In this document: positions 41,541-52,225 of the stretch, piece by piece
How positions within the stretch are numbered: the first letter of the stretch is position 1
Layout: each line of letters starts with the position of its first letter
NCBI GenBank assembly: GCA_050950505.1
Contig: JBMNHS010000002.1
Span: forward strand, 1 to 64,000
Length of the DNA stretch: 64,000 nucleotides
Reading direction: 5' to 3'
From: Candidatus Methanomethylophilaceae archaeon
Lineage (GTDB): Archaea; Thermoplasmatota; Thermoplasmata; Methanomassiliicoccales; Methanomethylophilaceae
Position numbers and translations under genes: made by a program
Notes under the pieces: generated by a model
The model's database searches: none
Seen by the model: the letters and a program-made list of their open reading frames with translations, nothing else
Told to the model about the DNA's origin: nothing

Positions 41541-43211
41541 ATGAAAACCGATATCGAGATAGCATACGACACCGAAGTCCGCCCCATATCCGAAGTCGCT
41601 TCCGAGATAGGTCTCGGTCGGGATGATATCATTCCTTACGGGAATTACATGGCCAAAATTCCGCTGGATGTTCTTGAACGTTTCAAAGACGGAGAGAACG
41701 GCAAACTGATACTTGTTACCGCAATCACGCCGACTCCCGCGGGAGAAGGCAAAACCGTAACTAACATCGGTTTGGTTCAGGGTCTCGGCAGAATAGGAAA
41801 GAAAGTGATCGGAACTTTAAGGGAACCGTCCTTAGGTCCCGTGTTCGGAGTCAAAGGCGGAGCCACCGGAGGCGGATATTCCCAAGTTTATCCGATGTGG
41901 GACATAGATTTGCATTTCACGGGAGACATCCATGCGGTTTCCGCCGCACACAACCTTCTGTCCGCCGTGGTGGAAAACCACATGGCAAAAGGAAATCAGC
42001 TTAACATCGACCCCACCCGGGTGATGTTGAAGAAAGCCATGGACATGAACGCCAGGGAGCTGAGAAACATCATAATCGGATTGGGGGGACGCACCATGGG
42101 CGGAATACCCCACGAAAGCGGCTTCATGATTACTTCCGCTTCCGAAATCTCCGCAATACTCGCACTGTCCGCGGGATATGAGGATTTGCGGGGAAGGCTG
42201 GAAAAAATCATAGTCGCTTACAACAACGACGGAGACCCCGTCACCGCCGGAGATCTGGAATGTGTCGGCGGAATGATGGTTCTGCTCAAAGACGCCATCA
42301 ATCCCAATCTGGTTCAGACGTTGGAAGGCGATCCCGTGTTCATTCACGGATTCCCTTTTGCCAACATCGCTCACGGCGCAAACAGCATCATCGCCACGAA
42401 ATCCGCCCTCAGACTTGCGGACTACGTGGTAACCGAAGCGGGATTCGCTTCGGATTTGGGTGCCGAAAAATTCATGGACATCGTCTGCAGGCAGGCGGAC
42501 ATTTCTCCTGACTGTGTGGTAATAGTCGCTTCTTCCAGGGCTCTGATGATGCACGGAGGGGCGGATCTGAAAGACGAAAGCACCATGACTTCCGAGAATC
42601 TGAAAAAGGGTCTGGAAAATCTTGACAAGCATATTGAAAACATGAAAATCTACGGCGTGCCGATAATAGTCAGCATAAACAGATTCGGAACGGATACCCC
42701 GGAACATCTGGACATCATCCGTTCCGGTTGCGAAAAACACGGCGTGAGATGCGTTGTGTCCGAAGCGTTTTCAAAAGGCGGCGAAGGCGCCGCGGATCTG
42801 GCCAACGCCGTGGTTGAAGCCTGTGACGAACCGAAAGATTTCAGACATCTTTACGACTCGGACCTGTCCCTCAAAGAGAAGATAGAAACCATCGCCACGA
42901 AGATATTCGGTGCCGATTCCGTCTCGTACGCCGCATCGGCGAACCGGACCCTCGACGATCTGGAAAAGAGAGGATTCGGAAAACTGCCCATCTGCATCGC
43001 AAAGACCCAGGCGTCCTTATCGGACAAATCGGATCTGAAAGGAGCCCCCAAAGGTTGGGTTCTGAACGTAAGGGAGGTTCAGATTTCCGCCGGCGCGGGA
43101 TTCGTGATACCGATCTGCGGCACAATGTCGCTGATGCCCGGACTTCCGGCGGTTCCCGCCGCGATGAACATGGATCTGGATTCAAAGGGAAAAATAACGG
43201 GACTGAACTGA
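41541..43211 (+). CDS. fhs: Formate--tetrahydrofolate ligase
   Basis: TPTPAGEGKT, KGGATGGGYSQ, HFTGDIHA, VTEAGF, MPGLP. Confidence 0.97.
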   Translation: MKTDIEIAYDTEVRPISEVASEIGLGRDDIIPYGNYMAKIPLDVLERFKDGENGKLILVTAITPTPAGEGKTVTNIGLVQGLGRIGKKVIGTLREPSLGPVFGVKGGATGGGYSQVYPMWDIDLHFTGDIHAVSAAHNLLSAVVENHMAKGNQLNIDPTRVMLKKAMDMNARELRNIIIGLGGRTMGGIPHESGFMITSASEISAILALSAGYEDLRGRLEKIIVAYNNDGDPVTAGDLECVGGMMVLLKDAINPNLVQTLEGDPVFIHGFPFANIAHGANSIIATKSALRLADYVVTEAGFASDLGAEKFMDIVCRQADISPDCVVIVASSRALMMHGGADLKDESTMTSENLKKGLENLDKHIENMKIYGVPIIVSINRFGTDTPEHLDIIRSGCEKHGVRCVVSEAFSKGGEGAADLANAVVEACDEPKDFRHLYDSDLSLKEKIETIATKIFGADSVSYAASANRTLDDLEKRGFGKLPICIAKTQASLSDKSDLKGAPKGWVLNVREVQISAGAGFVIPICGTMSLMPGLPAVPAAMNMDLDSKGKITGLN

Positions 43212-43213
43212 AA

Positions 43214-43888
43214 TCATCCGTTCTCGGCCATGTCGTACCAACGGTCCGCCTCATCCTTGTCGGCGGGCACCCCGTCTCCGGCGGAATACATATTGCCCAG
43301 GAGAATCCCGGCACCTCTGTTTCCGTTCATGGCCGAGGACATCAGCCAATCCACGGCGCGGTCGGCGTCGACTTCCACCCCGCAGCCTGTTTTGTAAAAC
43401 TGACCCAATGCGAACTGGGCATCGGGATGTCCCTGTTTTGCGGCTTTGGCAATCCACTCGGCGGATTTTTCGAAATCCCGGGGAGTGAATTCGCCTTCGA
43501 AGTAAATCAGACCCAAGGCATACTGTGCCCTCGGATCCCCCTCATCGGCGGGAACCGTGAACAATTCAATGGATTTTTCTATGTTCTTTTCGACGCCGAA
43601 TCCTCTGAAGTACATTTTCCCCAGGTAATACATGGCGCTCCTGCTTCCGCTTCCGGCCGCTTTTGAAAACCAATCGGCCGCCGCGGCAAGGTCTCTGTCG
43701 ACCCCCTGTCCGCGGGCGTACATCAGACCTAGACAGAACCTGCCGTCTCCGGAACCTTCGACGGCCGCTTCGGATATCACCGAATATGCTTCGGCGTAAT
43801 CTTTTTCGGAACGGCCTCTCAGTACCGCTTTCGCCCACTCGAGCGAAAGACCTCCGGTATCGGCAGGGCAGGATGGGACACTGTCCAT
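43214..43888 (-). CDS. Sel1-like repeat protein
   Basis: Repeats such as AQYALGLIYFEG and AQFALGQFYKTG. Confidence 0.9.
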   Translation of the reverse strand: MDSVPSCPADTGGLSLEWAKAVLRGRSEKDYAEAYSVISEAAVEGSGDGRFCLGLMYARGQGVDRDLAAAADWFSKAAGSGSRSAMYYLGKMYFRGFGVEKNIEKSIELFTVPADEGDPRAQYALGLIYFEGEFTPRDFEKSAEWIAKAAKQGHPDAQFALGQFYKTGCGVEVDADRAVDWLMSSAMNGNRGAGILLGNMYSAGDGVPADKDEADRWYDMAENG

Positions 43889-44136
43889 GAATCCGTACCG
43901 ACGCAGGCCTATTTTTACTTAATTCCGTTTTCTCTTCCAGTGTGTGGGAGTCATGGCGGATTTCATTGCCGCAAAATTAATTTTCGGGTCAATGCGGCCG
44001 ATTCCGAAATACACCGAATCTCCGAATTTCAGACGGTTTTCGATATTTCGAACAATTGCTCAACCGAACGCTCTTCTTATTCCTTTTAAAAATTCCGGAT
44101 TCAAAAAAAGGGAATCTATTATAGTATACGAAAATC

Positions 44137-45264
44137 TTGTATCCTGCAAGAGTTGTGAACGTTGTGAAGGATCCCATATTGAAGGATGCCGAGGCAGGGG
44201 ATGCCTATGCGGCGCTGGGCGTCGCTTATATGTACCACCACGGTAAAGAGTACAATTACGACCTCGGGGAAGCGATAAAATGGTACCTCATCGCCGCTGA
44301 TGCGGGATGTACGAGGGCCGAATGGGAAATCGCACAGATGTACCGGGACGGGGTCATATTTTCACAGGACATTTACCAGTACCTCAATCACCTCCGCAAC
44401 GCCGCCATCATGGGAAACCCCGAAGCACAGCTTACGTTGGCTTTCGAATACATGAGAGGCATTCTTGTAACCAGGGATTTCGAAATCGCGTTCAGATGGA
44501 TGTCGAATTCCGCCAAACAGGGTGTGCCCATGGCCCAGTTCTATCTCGGTTATATGTACCGTCAGGGCATCGGAGCGGAGAAAAGCCGGACGGAATCCGA
44601 GCGCTGGTATTCCGGCACCGTGATTTCAGGAAACGCCGACATGTTCATGGAAATCGGAATAATGTTCGAATTCGGTCTGGACGGAATCGTTCACAATGAA
44701 GTGGAAGCCGCGAGATGGTACCGATACGGTGCGGACATGGGGCACGAAGGCTGCATACTGTCTCTGAAAATGATAGAACACAATTTCAAAGGCGGCAAAA
44801 AAGACACCTTGAAAGAAAGATTGAATCGGTTGAACCAAACCAGTTCCTCCATGGAACGCGAAGTCAGGGACTCCGCTTTCCATCTTGCCAACGAATATCT
44901 GGATTCCGGCGAATTTGACCTGTCTTTCAAAAATTTTCAAAAAGCCGCCGATCTGGGAAGTCCCGATGCCATGTTTTTCCTGTCCCTGATGTACCGTGAA
45001 GGTCTTTCCGTGAGACGCAACATGAAAAAATCCTTGGAACTTCTTGCCCGGGCCGCCGATGCCGGCTCCGTCGATGCCCAATTCATGCTTGGCCGCCTTT
45101 ATGACGTGGGCGGAGGATTGGCCGAAAGCGAAATCGATGCGATAAAATATTACACCATGGCCGCCGCGGGAGGCTATCTTTCCGCATTCTATTATCTCGG
45201 CAAATTCATGAACCATCCCGAAATTCACGTAAGGCGTTCCGTGGGAAAATACAAGCGTTACTGA
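44137..45264 (+). CDS. Sel1-like repeat protein (start uncertain)
   Basis: Repeats such as AQFYLGYMYRQG and AQFMLGRLYDVG. Confidence 0.88.
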   Translation: MYPARVVNVVKDPILKDAEAGDAYAALGVAYMYHHGKEYNYDLGEAIKWYLIAADAGCTRAEWEIAQMYRDGVIFSQDIYQYLNHLRNAAIMGNPEAQLTLAFEYMRGILVTRDFEIAFRWMSNSAKQGVPMAQFYLGYMYRQGIGAEKSRTESERWYSGTVISGNADMFMEIGIMFEFGLDGIVHNEVEAARWYRYGADMGHEGCILSLKMIEHNFKGGKKDTLKERLNRLNQTSSSMEREVRDSAFHLANEYLDSGEFDLSFKNFQKAADLGSPDAMFFLSLMYREGLSVRRNMKKSLELLARAADAGSVDAQFMLGRLYDVGGGLAESEIDAIKYYTMAAAGGYLSAFYYLGKFMNHPEIHVRRSVGKYKRY

Positions 45265-45341
45265 GACGAACCATTTTGCATCATCCGTTTTTTCTTTGAC
45301 ATGAACGGAACCGATTTTATCGAAGGAGGCGTTTCGGAATC

Positions 45342-45710
45342 ATGGCAAAAGTCAAAGAAGGACTCTTTTACAACAAAGAAGGCATGTGGGTGAAGGTTGA
45401 AGGAAACAAAGCCAGGATAGGGTTGTCCGATCCGGCTCAGGACGAACTCGGAGAGGTCATCTATGTGCAGACTCCGGTGATGGACAGGGAAGTATACAAA
45501 GGGGACGAAATCGGTGCTCTTGAAAGTTTCAAATCCATAATTCCCATTGTTTCTCCCGTCGAAGGCAAAATTGTTTCCGTCAACCGGGCTCTTGAAGAGA
45601 ACCCTTCGTTGATCAACACCTCCCCCTACGAAGAGGGTTGGCTGGCGGAACTCGAACTTTCGTCGGAAGTCGAAGGACTTTGCACCGCAGAAGAATATAA
45701 GTCATTATAA
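45342..45710 (+). CDS. Glycine cleavage H-like lipoyl-carrier protein
   Basis: WVKVEG..ARIG, AQDELG, LESFKS (lipoyl Lys), INTSPYEEGWL. Confidence 0.88.
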   Translation: MAKVKEGLFYNKEGMWVKVEGNKARIGLSDPAQDELGEVIYVQTPVMDREVYKGDEIGALESFKSIIPIVSPVEGKIVSVNRALEENPSLINTSPYEEGWLAELELSSEVEGLCTAEEYKSL

Positions 45711-45735
45711 TGTATACATTCATACATCATGTAAC
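45706..45735. promoter_or_regulatory. Putative operator array upstream of the aryl-CoA ligase
   Basis: TATAA-TGTATA-CATT-CATACA-TCA-TGTAAC; near-copy at 56368. Confidence 0.55.
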
Positions 45736-45780
45736 TAAAACAACCACTACTAATATATCGGAGTTCATTAATCGCCATAA

Positions 45781-47025
45781 TTGAGCACAATGGAGATGAA
45801 TGATTACCAATCGGAGAACATCAGACGCATACTGTCAACCATAAAAGACGACAGTCCCTTCTACGCAAAGAAATATGCGGACCTGGACGTCTCCTCGGTA
45901 AAAGACCGGGAATCCTTTGAAAAATTGCCTTTTACGGACAAATCGGACCTCAGGGAAGCCTACCCTTTGGGATTGGCCGCCGTTCCGGAGGAAAAAATAG
46001 TAAGAATACATTCTTCCTCCGGCACCACGGGAACCCCGGTGATAATTCCCTACACCGAACGGGACATCGAAGACTGGGCCATAATGTTCGAACGCTGTTA
46101 CAGAATGGCGGGAATAACCGAAAAGGACAGATTGCAGATAACTCCGGGTTACGGTCTCTGGACGGCCGGAATAGGATTTCAGACGGGATCTGAAAGATTG
46201 GGGGCGCTCACTCTGCCCATGGGCCCGGGAAACACCGAGAAGCAATTGCGGTTCATGAAGGATTTCAAAACCACGGTGCTGTGCGCAACCTCATCCTACG
46301 CATTGCTCCTTTCCGAAGAAATAAAGAAACTGGGCATCGGGGACGAACTTTGTCTCAGGAAAGGAATCATCGGTTCCGAAAGATGGGGGGAGAAAATGCG
46401 CAAAAGAATCGCCGGGGAACTCGGCGTGGAACTTTACGACATATACGGACTGACGGAAATCTACGGGCCGGGAATCGGAATCAGCTGCGATTACGAAAAC
46501 GGAATCCATCTCTGGGACGATTACATTTATTTTGAGATCATAGATCCGAAAACCGGAAAAGTTCTGCCCGACGGAGAGGAAGGGGAACTTGTCATAACCA
46601 CTCTGAGGAAAGAAGGCGCCCCGCTCATAAGGTACAGAACCCACGACATCACGAAAATAATACCGGGAAAATGTCCCTGCGGTTCCGAGTATCCGAGAAT
46701 AGACATCATAATCGGAAGAACCGACGATATGGTCAAAGTGAAAGGAGTGAACATGTTCCCCGCCCAGTTCGAGGAAGTTCTTTCGAAAGTCGACGGTGCG
46801 GATTCCGAATATCAGGTGATGATAGACCACCTCAACGGAAAGGATATTTTAACGTTGTATTTTGAAACCGGAATGCCCGATGACACCTGGGATTCACTGG
46901 AAAACGCGGTGCAGGACAGATTCAAGGCCGCGGTGGGCGTGACGATAAACCCCAAAGCGGTGCATGTCGGGGATCTTCCCAGAAGCGAGAAGAAAACCAG
47001 CCGTATCTTTGACAACAGATACTGA
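45781..47025 (+). CDS. Phenylacetate--CoA ligase family (PaaK-like)
   Basis: HSSSGTTG, YGLWTAG, DIYGLTE, RYRTHD, GRTDDM. Confidence 0.92.
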   Translation: MSTMEMNDYQSENIRRILSTIKDDSPFYAKKYADLDVSSVKDRESFEKLPFTDKSDLREAYPLGLAAVPEEKIVRIHSSSGTTGTPVIIPYTERDIEDWAIMFERCYRMAGITEKDRLQITPGYGLWTAGIGFQTGSERLGALTLPMGPGNTEKQLRFMKDFKTTVLCATSSYALLLSEEIKKLGIGDELCLRKGIIGSERWGEKMRKRIAGELGVELYDIYGLTEIYGPGIGISCDYENGIHLWDDYIYFEIIDPKTGKVLPDGEEGELVITTLRKEGAPLIRYRTHDITKIIPGKCPCGSEYPRIDIIIGRTDDMVKVKGVNMFPAQFEEVLSKVDGADSEYQVMIDHLNGKDILTLYFETGMPDDTWDSLENAVQDRFKAAVGVTINPKAVHVGDLPRSEKKTSRIFDNRY

Positions 47026-47027
47026 GA

Positions 47028-47987
47028 TTACCTCTTGACCCCGCCGATCATCACGAGATATGCCAGCAACGCTTCCAGTTGAATGCGTTCGTTGCTTCCC
47101 TCTATGATGCGGAATTCTATTTCCCCGGTTTTGTCCACCAGCCTTACCTTTTCGGAATCGGAGATGCTGAGATCGAAGAAAGACGAATGGATCTGACGGA
47201 TTATGTCCTGTCCGGACAGTCCGAATTCAATCATGGTGTCATCAAGCATGTTCCTGGCAAGAATGAAGTTGCCGTCCAACGCCGTCTCGAGAATTTCTCT
47301 GATGATTTCGGGATTGGCCATCCCCGTTGTCTGGTATATCGTGTCAATATCGATTTTCTTGCCCATGGACGCGGCCACCTGCAAAGAGTTCACGGCACGT
47401 CTCATATCCCCTCTGGCGACATGTACCAGTCCCTGAACGGCATCTTCGTCGATATCCACGCCTTCCTTGTCGATTATGCTTCTCAGATACTCTTCAACGT
47501 CCGTCGCGGTAAGAGGTCTGAAACGGAATATGGCGCATCTCGATTGAATGGGATCTATGATTTTTGACGAGTAGTTGCAGGACAGGATGAAACGGCAGAT
47601 TTTGGAGTATCTTTCCATGGTCCGCCTCAGTGCGGCCTGGGCGTCGCTGGTCAGCGAGTCCGCCTCATCCATGAAAATTATTTTGAAATCCGCGCCGGAC
47701 AAAGGCGCGGTTCGGGCAAATTCTTTTATTTTGCCTCTTACGACGTCGATTCCCCTTTCGTCGGAAGCGTTGAGCTCCATGACGTTGCCCCTCCAATCCT
47801 CGCCGTAGAGTTCTTTCGCCAACGCAAGGGCACTGGTGGTTTTTCCCGTGCCCGCGGGACCGGTGAAAAGAAGATGGGGCATGTTCCGGGATCCGACGTA
47901 AGACTGGAGCCGGTCCGTTATGTTCTTCTGACCCACAACATCCTTCAGGGCCTTCGGCCTGTATTTTTCCGTCCAGATCTCGCTCAT
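47028..47987 (-). CDS. rfcS: Replication factor C small subunit
   Basis: WTEKYRP, GPAGTGKT, ELNASDERG, DEAD, SRC. Confidence 0.97.
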   Translation of the reverse strand: MSEIWTEKYRPKALKDVVGQKNITDRLQSYVGSRNMPHLLFTGPAGTGKTTSALALAKELYGEDWRGNVMELNASDERGIDVVRGKIKEFARTAPLSGADFKIIFMDEADSLTSDAQAALRRTMERYSKICRFILSCNYSSKIIDPIQSRCAIFRFRPLTATDVEEYLRSIIDKEGVDIDEDAVQGLVHVARGDMRRAVNSLQVAASMGKKIDIDTIYQTTGMANPEIIREILETALDGNFILARNMLDDTMIEFGLSGQDIIRQIHSSFFDLSISDSEKVRLVDKTGEIEFRIIEGSNERIQLEALLAYLVMIGGVKR

Positions 47988-48112
47988 GTTATCGACCTTT
48001 CATATCTCCGTATTATGTAATATCTTTCCTCGGTTTCGACCGTGAAACCGCTCAACGCTTCCGTCGAAGCGTTTGAGAATAGTTATACATTCCTTTGACA
48101 TTCCGTCGATGT

Positions 48113-49075
48113 ATGAAGATATACGACGCATACAGATTGGCGATCGAAACAGGCAGGAAGAACGATCCCCGCCCGGTATCCGAAGTTGAAATCGCAATGA
48201 AGAAAGAGCGGGATGATTACGAAGCCCTTTCTGACGAGAAGAAACAGTTTTTCGACACGGAAAGGCTGTGGAACCCCTACAGTGATTCAAGATTCTCCGC
48301 AATGATAGAGGAATCCAAGGATTTGGAAGCCGAGAGTTTCATGTGGGGAATCGACATCGGCACCGGCGAGATGCTACTTGCCGACCGTCTCCGTGAGAAA
48401 GGCAAAACGGTATCCGCGGTTGTGGCTCACCACCCCACCGGTCTGTCCAAAGTTCCCTTCCCCGGCGTTATGCACATGCAAACCGACATGTACGCCGCCG
48501 ACGGCGTTCCGATAAACGTCTGCGAGTCCCTGATGGCGCCCCGCATAGACCTGGTCACCAGAAACGTGATGGGGGCCAACTTCAACCAGTCCGCCGACGC
48601 GGCAAACCTTTTGGGAATTCCGTTGTTCAACGTTCACACTCCGGCGGACAACATGGTTCAGAAGTACATCGACAACATCCTGGAAGAACTGGAAGCCAGA
48701 ACTTTGGGGGATATCATCGAGAGACTTTACAAAGAGCCGGAATACGCCATGGCCGCCAAAATGAACAATCCTCCGACCATCATCGTCGGAAACAAGAACA
48801 GCAGATGCGGAAGGGCCGTGTCCAAAATGACGGGAGGAACCTCCGGTCCCAAGGAAATCTATGAGAAATTCGCCCAGGCCGGCGTGGGCACCGTTGTGGG
48901 AATGCACTTTCCCGAGGACCATATCGAAGAAGCCAGAAAAGCCGGAATCAACATAATCGTCTCCGGGCACATGGCTTCCGATTCCATCGGAATCAACCTA
49001 ATCTGCGACGAGTGGGAAAAAGAAGGCATCGAAATCTTCGGTTGCTCCGGTCTTATCCGCCACAGCAGGAACTGA
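48113..49075 (+). CDS. NIF3 (NGG1p-interacting factor 3)-like metal-binding protein
   Basis: NPYSDSR, GIDI, HHP, HTPADN, GHMASDSIG. Confidence 0.8.
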   Translation: MKIYDAYRLAIETGRKNDPRPVSEVEIAMKKERDDYEALSDEKKQFFDTERLWNPYSDSRFSAMIEESKDLEAESFMWGIDIGTGEMLLADRLREKGKTVSAVVAHHPTGLSKVPFPGVMHMQTDMYAADGVPINVCESLMAPRIDLVTRNVMGANFNQSADAANLLGIPLFNVHTPADNMVQKYIDNILEELEARTLGDIIERLYKEPEYAMAAKMNNPPTIIVGNKNSRCGRAVSKMTGGTSGPKEIYEKFAQAGVGTVVGMHFPEDHIEEARKAGINIIVSGHMASDSIGINLICDEWEKEGIEIFGCSGLIRHSRN

Positions 49076-49076
49076 G

Positions 49077-50273
49077 ATGTTCGAAAAGGCCTCGGTGATA
49101 ATCCGCAATCAGGACCGACTGTCCTCGGATTACGTACCTGAGAAAATCGTTCACCGGGACGCTCAGAGATCCAGATTGGAAACTTTCTTCCGTCCTTTGG
49201 CCGAAAGCGGCAGACCCTGCTACGCATACCTCACGGGAAGCGTCGGCACGGGGAAAACCGCAACGGCCAAACGTTTTTCCAAGGATATGGAAGCTTATTG
49301 CTTCGAGGCCGGAAAACCCATCGAAACCATTTCCGTCAACTGCAGGAGCAGAAACACCGAGGCCGGAGTGATTCTGGAACTTGTCAGAAATTATGACAAA
49401 GGATTCCCGGAAAGAGGGTTCTCTCCCGATGAGATGATGAGATCCTTCCGAACCCATGTGGAGAAGAGCGCCCGCCCCGTTCTGATAATCCTTGACGAAG
49501 TGGACGTGCTTCTGAAAAAATCAAACATCGACCTGATTTATCAATTGACGCGTTTTTCCGAAGAGGCAAGAGGAAAAGCCGGCATATCGCTGATACTGAT
49601 ATCCCAGTTTCCCATTTACGGACTGTTGGACGAAGCGTCTCTGTCAACCTTCGGAAGAGGCAACGCCATAACTTTCGACAAGTACTCCCGGGACGAACTG
49701 TATTCGATTACGGAATACCGCGCCGAGGATGCGCTGATCGACGGAAGGTATTCCGAAGACGTCATCGATCTGATTGCCGACGTTTCGTCGGAATACGGAG
49801 ATGCCAGATTCGCCATAGAGTTGCTGGAATCCGCGGCATTGATCGCGGAAGGCGATTCCGAAGGGTTCCTTGACACCGAGGATGTCCGCGAAGCCAAGGC
49901 GAACATCAACAGCGTGGTGACCGAAAGCAAACTTCTGGGATTGGACATGAACCGGAAGCTGGCTCTTTTGGCGATAGCCAGAGCCATGAAGAACAACCTT
50001 TACATAACCATAACCGCGGCGGAGAAAACCTATCACATCGTTTCCGAGGAATACGGAAGAGAACCCAGGAAATATACCCAGTTCTGGACTTACATACAGG
50101 ATATGGACCGGCAGAATCTTCTGGAAACCGTGGTTCGCAACGAGAAAGAAGGGGGACGCGTCACGTATATTTCGTTACCCGACATCCCGTCCAAAGTCCT
50201 GGCCAAAAAGTTGGAAATCATGCTGGAAGGCAAAGAATTCATAGCTTCGGACGTTGCGGAGATTGAAAAATGA
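49077..50273 (+). CDS. cdc6: Orc1/Cdc6 family replication initiator
   Basis: DYVPEKIVHR, GSVGTGKT, ILDEVD, GDARFA, C-terminal winged helix. Confidence 0.92.
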   Translation: MFEKASVIIRNQDRLSSDYVPEKIVHRDAQRSRLETFFRPLAESGRPCYAYLTGSVGTGKTATAKRFSKDMEAYCFEAGKPIETISVNCRSRNTEAGVILELVRNYDKGFPERGFSPDEMMRSFRTHVEKSARPVLIILDEVDVLLKKSNIDLIYQLTRFSEEARGKAGISLILISQFPIYGLLDEASLSTFGRGNAITFDKYSRDELYSITEYRAEDALIDGRYSEDVIDLIADVSSEYGDARFAIELLESAALIAEGDSEGFLDTEDVREAKANINSVVTESKLLGLDMNRKLALLAIARAMKNNLYITITAAEKTYHIVSEEYGREPRKYTQFWTYIQDMDRQNLLETVVRNEKEGGRVTYISLPDIPSKVLAKKLEIMLEGKEFIASDVAEIEK

Positions 50274-51190
50274 AATGCGATCTGTGTTCTTCGGATGCCG
50301 TCACTTTGGTTGAATACAACGGGTCTCACCTTTGCGGCGAACATTTCATGAAATACGTCAGCAGACGGGTCAAGAAAGAAATCCGCAAACAGATCAACGT
50401 CAAATCCGGTGATACCATCGCCGCCGCCGTGTCCGGGGGGAAAGACAGCATGATCATGCTTCAGTTCCTGAACGAAATATTCGGTTCCCGTCCGGACGTG
50501 AATTTGCACGCAATCGCCATCGACGAAGGCGTGGAAGGGTACAGACCCCCGAGCATAGACGTGGTCAGAAAATACTGTGACGGCAACGGCATTCCGCTGA
50601 GCATCAGAAGTTTTTCAGAATACGGACTGACCATGGACGCAATCGCTCCCGTTTCCGGCAGCAGTTCACCCTGCACTTACTGCGGAGTTTTCCGCCGCAG
50701 ACTGATGAACGACGAAGCCCGGAAAATAGGCGCAGTTTTCATCGCCACCGGACACAACCTTGACGACATGGCTCAATCGGTGATGATGAACTTCGTCCGC
50801 GGAGACGTGGAAAGACTGGCGAGGCTGGGGCCTCATTCGAGAGTGAGGGAGGGACTGATACCCAGATTCCATCCTCTGAGGATGATCCCGGAATCCGAAA
50901 CTCTGTTGTACGCCCTGGTTTCCGGCATACCTTTCTGGGACGGGGAGTGTCCTTATTGGACCGAGGCCCTGAGAAACCAATACCGCGACATAATAGACGA
51001 ATTGGATTCGAGGACCCCGGGAATCAAGTTCAGCATCCTGTCCTCCTACGATGAAATCCGGCCCATGCTTTACGACAACTACCCTTCCGCAGACGTGAAC
51101 ATCTGCGAATGCGGGGAATCCTGCGTCGGCGAAAGATGCAGAGCCTGTCAGTACGAAGAAACTCTGAAGAAAAGAATCTCGGGACTTTGA
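50270..51190 (+). CDS. tRNA 2-thiolation PP-loop protein (NcsA/Ctu1/TtuA family)
   Basis: N-terminal CxxC..C..HF, SGGKDS, CTYC, TGHNLDD, CP, C-terminal zinc finger. Confidence 0.9.
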   Translation: MKCDLCSSDAVTLVEYNGSHLCGEHFMKYVSRRVKKEIRKQINVKSGDTIAAAVSGGKDSMIMLQFLNEIFGSRPDVNLHAIAIDEGVEGYRPPSIDVVRKYCDGNGIPLSIRSFSEYGLTMDAIAPVSGSSSPCTYCGVFRRRLMNDEARKIGAVFIATGHNLDDMAQSVMMNFVRGDVERLARLGPHSRVREGLIPRFHPLRMIPESETLLYALVSGIPFWDGECPYWTEALRNQYRDIIDELDSRTPGIKFSILSSYDEIRPMLYDNYPSADVNICECGESCVGERCRACQYEETLKKRISGL

Positions 51191-52225
51191 TCACAGATCC
51201 ACGAAGGGAACGAGATCGCAGCATCCGCATTTGTTGCACATGGTAAGGCAGTCCGCCGACGACAACCCGTATTTCAACATAATCTCTTTTTGTTTCAACG
51301 TCAGGTTCATCGCACGTTCGGGGGTTATCGGTTCCGGAGTTCCCACGGCGGCCTTCAAACTTCCGTTGCTGACTCCGCCGGTCCTCAACGCCCTCAGTAC
51401 GGGAATGACGCCCAGGGAGGAAAGCTTTTCAACCATTTCCAGAACGGTTTCGTCGGTTTCGCCCAATCCGTAAATGACGTTGGACTGAACCCTTCCCTTT
51501 CCGAATATTTCCACCGCATCCATCAAACGGTCCATGATATTGCCGGAATCCATGTCCGGACAGACTTTCCGGAATATTTCTTCATCCGGAGATTCCACGT
51601 TCAGTTTTATTTCCGTGGCCCCCGCTTCCTTGAGTCTGACGAGGTCTTCTTTCGATGAGACGTAAGGTTCAAGCCCGATGGGAATGTCCGGGAAGGCTTT
51701 CCGAAGTGCTTTTGTGCAGGAGACGAACCTGTTCACGGTTTCTTCCGTGCTGCCGACCACGCCGCTTGTGAGAGAAATCGCATCCACGGTCATTCCGTCG
51801 TCCAAAGCCTTCCGGACCATGTTGACGATTTTCTCATCGGTGAGATTTTTTGTTATGTTTTTGTCCAATCTCGGCGAGGCGCAGAAGGCGCAATTGAATA
51901 TGCAGCGTTGGTCCAGATTAAAGAAGGCCTGATCCGGACTGTGATAAACCACGGGTTCTATGGTTACGCCGTCAAGGAAAAGTTTTCCGTCCCTGTACAG
52001 GGAATAACCGTCATCTTCGACTCTGAGTTCGAATTCACCCGTGTCATAACTTACGGATTTCTTCACTCTGGAACCCTTGAAGGCGAAAACCGCGGAAGCC
52101 GAGCCGGCCCCCGGTCCCGCCGTGGAACGAGACAACCTGTACGGAAAGACGAAGCCTTCGGGCAGACGCACTCCGCCGCCCAGGGCAAGGTCCGACTTTT
52201 TACGGGCTATCAGATTCTTTTCCAT
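51191..52225 (-). CDS. Radical SAM protein, biotin-synthase-like fold, Cys-rich C-terminus
   Basis: CIFNCAFC, LTSG, YGLGET, terminal CLTMCNKCGCCD. Confidence 0.85.
   Translation of the reverse strand: MEKNLIARKKSDLALGGGVRLPEGFVFPYRLSRSTAGPGAGSASAVFAFKGSRVKKSVSYDTGEFELRVEDDGYSLYRDGKLFLDGVTIEPVVYHSPDQAFFNLDQRCIFNCAFCASPRLDKNITKNLTDEKIVNMVRKALDDGMTVDAISLTSGVVGSTEETVNRFVSCTKALRKAFPDIPIGLEPYVSSKEDLVRLKEAGATEIKLNVESPDEEIFRKVCPDMDSGNIMDRLMDAVEIFGKGRVQSNVIYGLGETDETVLEMVEKLSSLGVIPVLRALRTGGVSNGSLKAAVGTPEPITPERAMNLTLKQKEIMLKYGLSSADCLTMCNKCGCCDLVPFVDL

Noticed and set aside
48000-50273. Replication origin next to cdc6
   Set aside because: cdc6 is internal to an operon with 1-bp or overlapping junctions; no ORB repeats or AT-rich unwinding element seen
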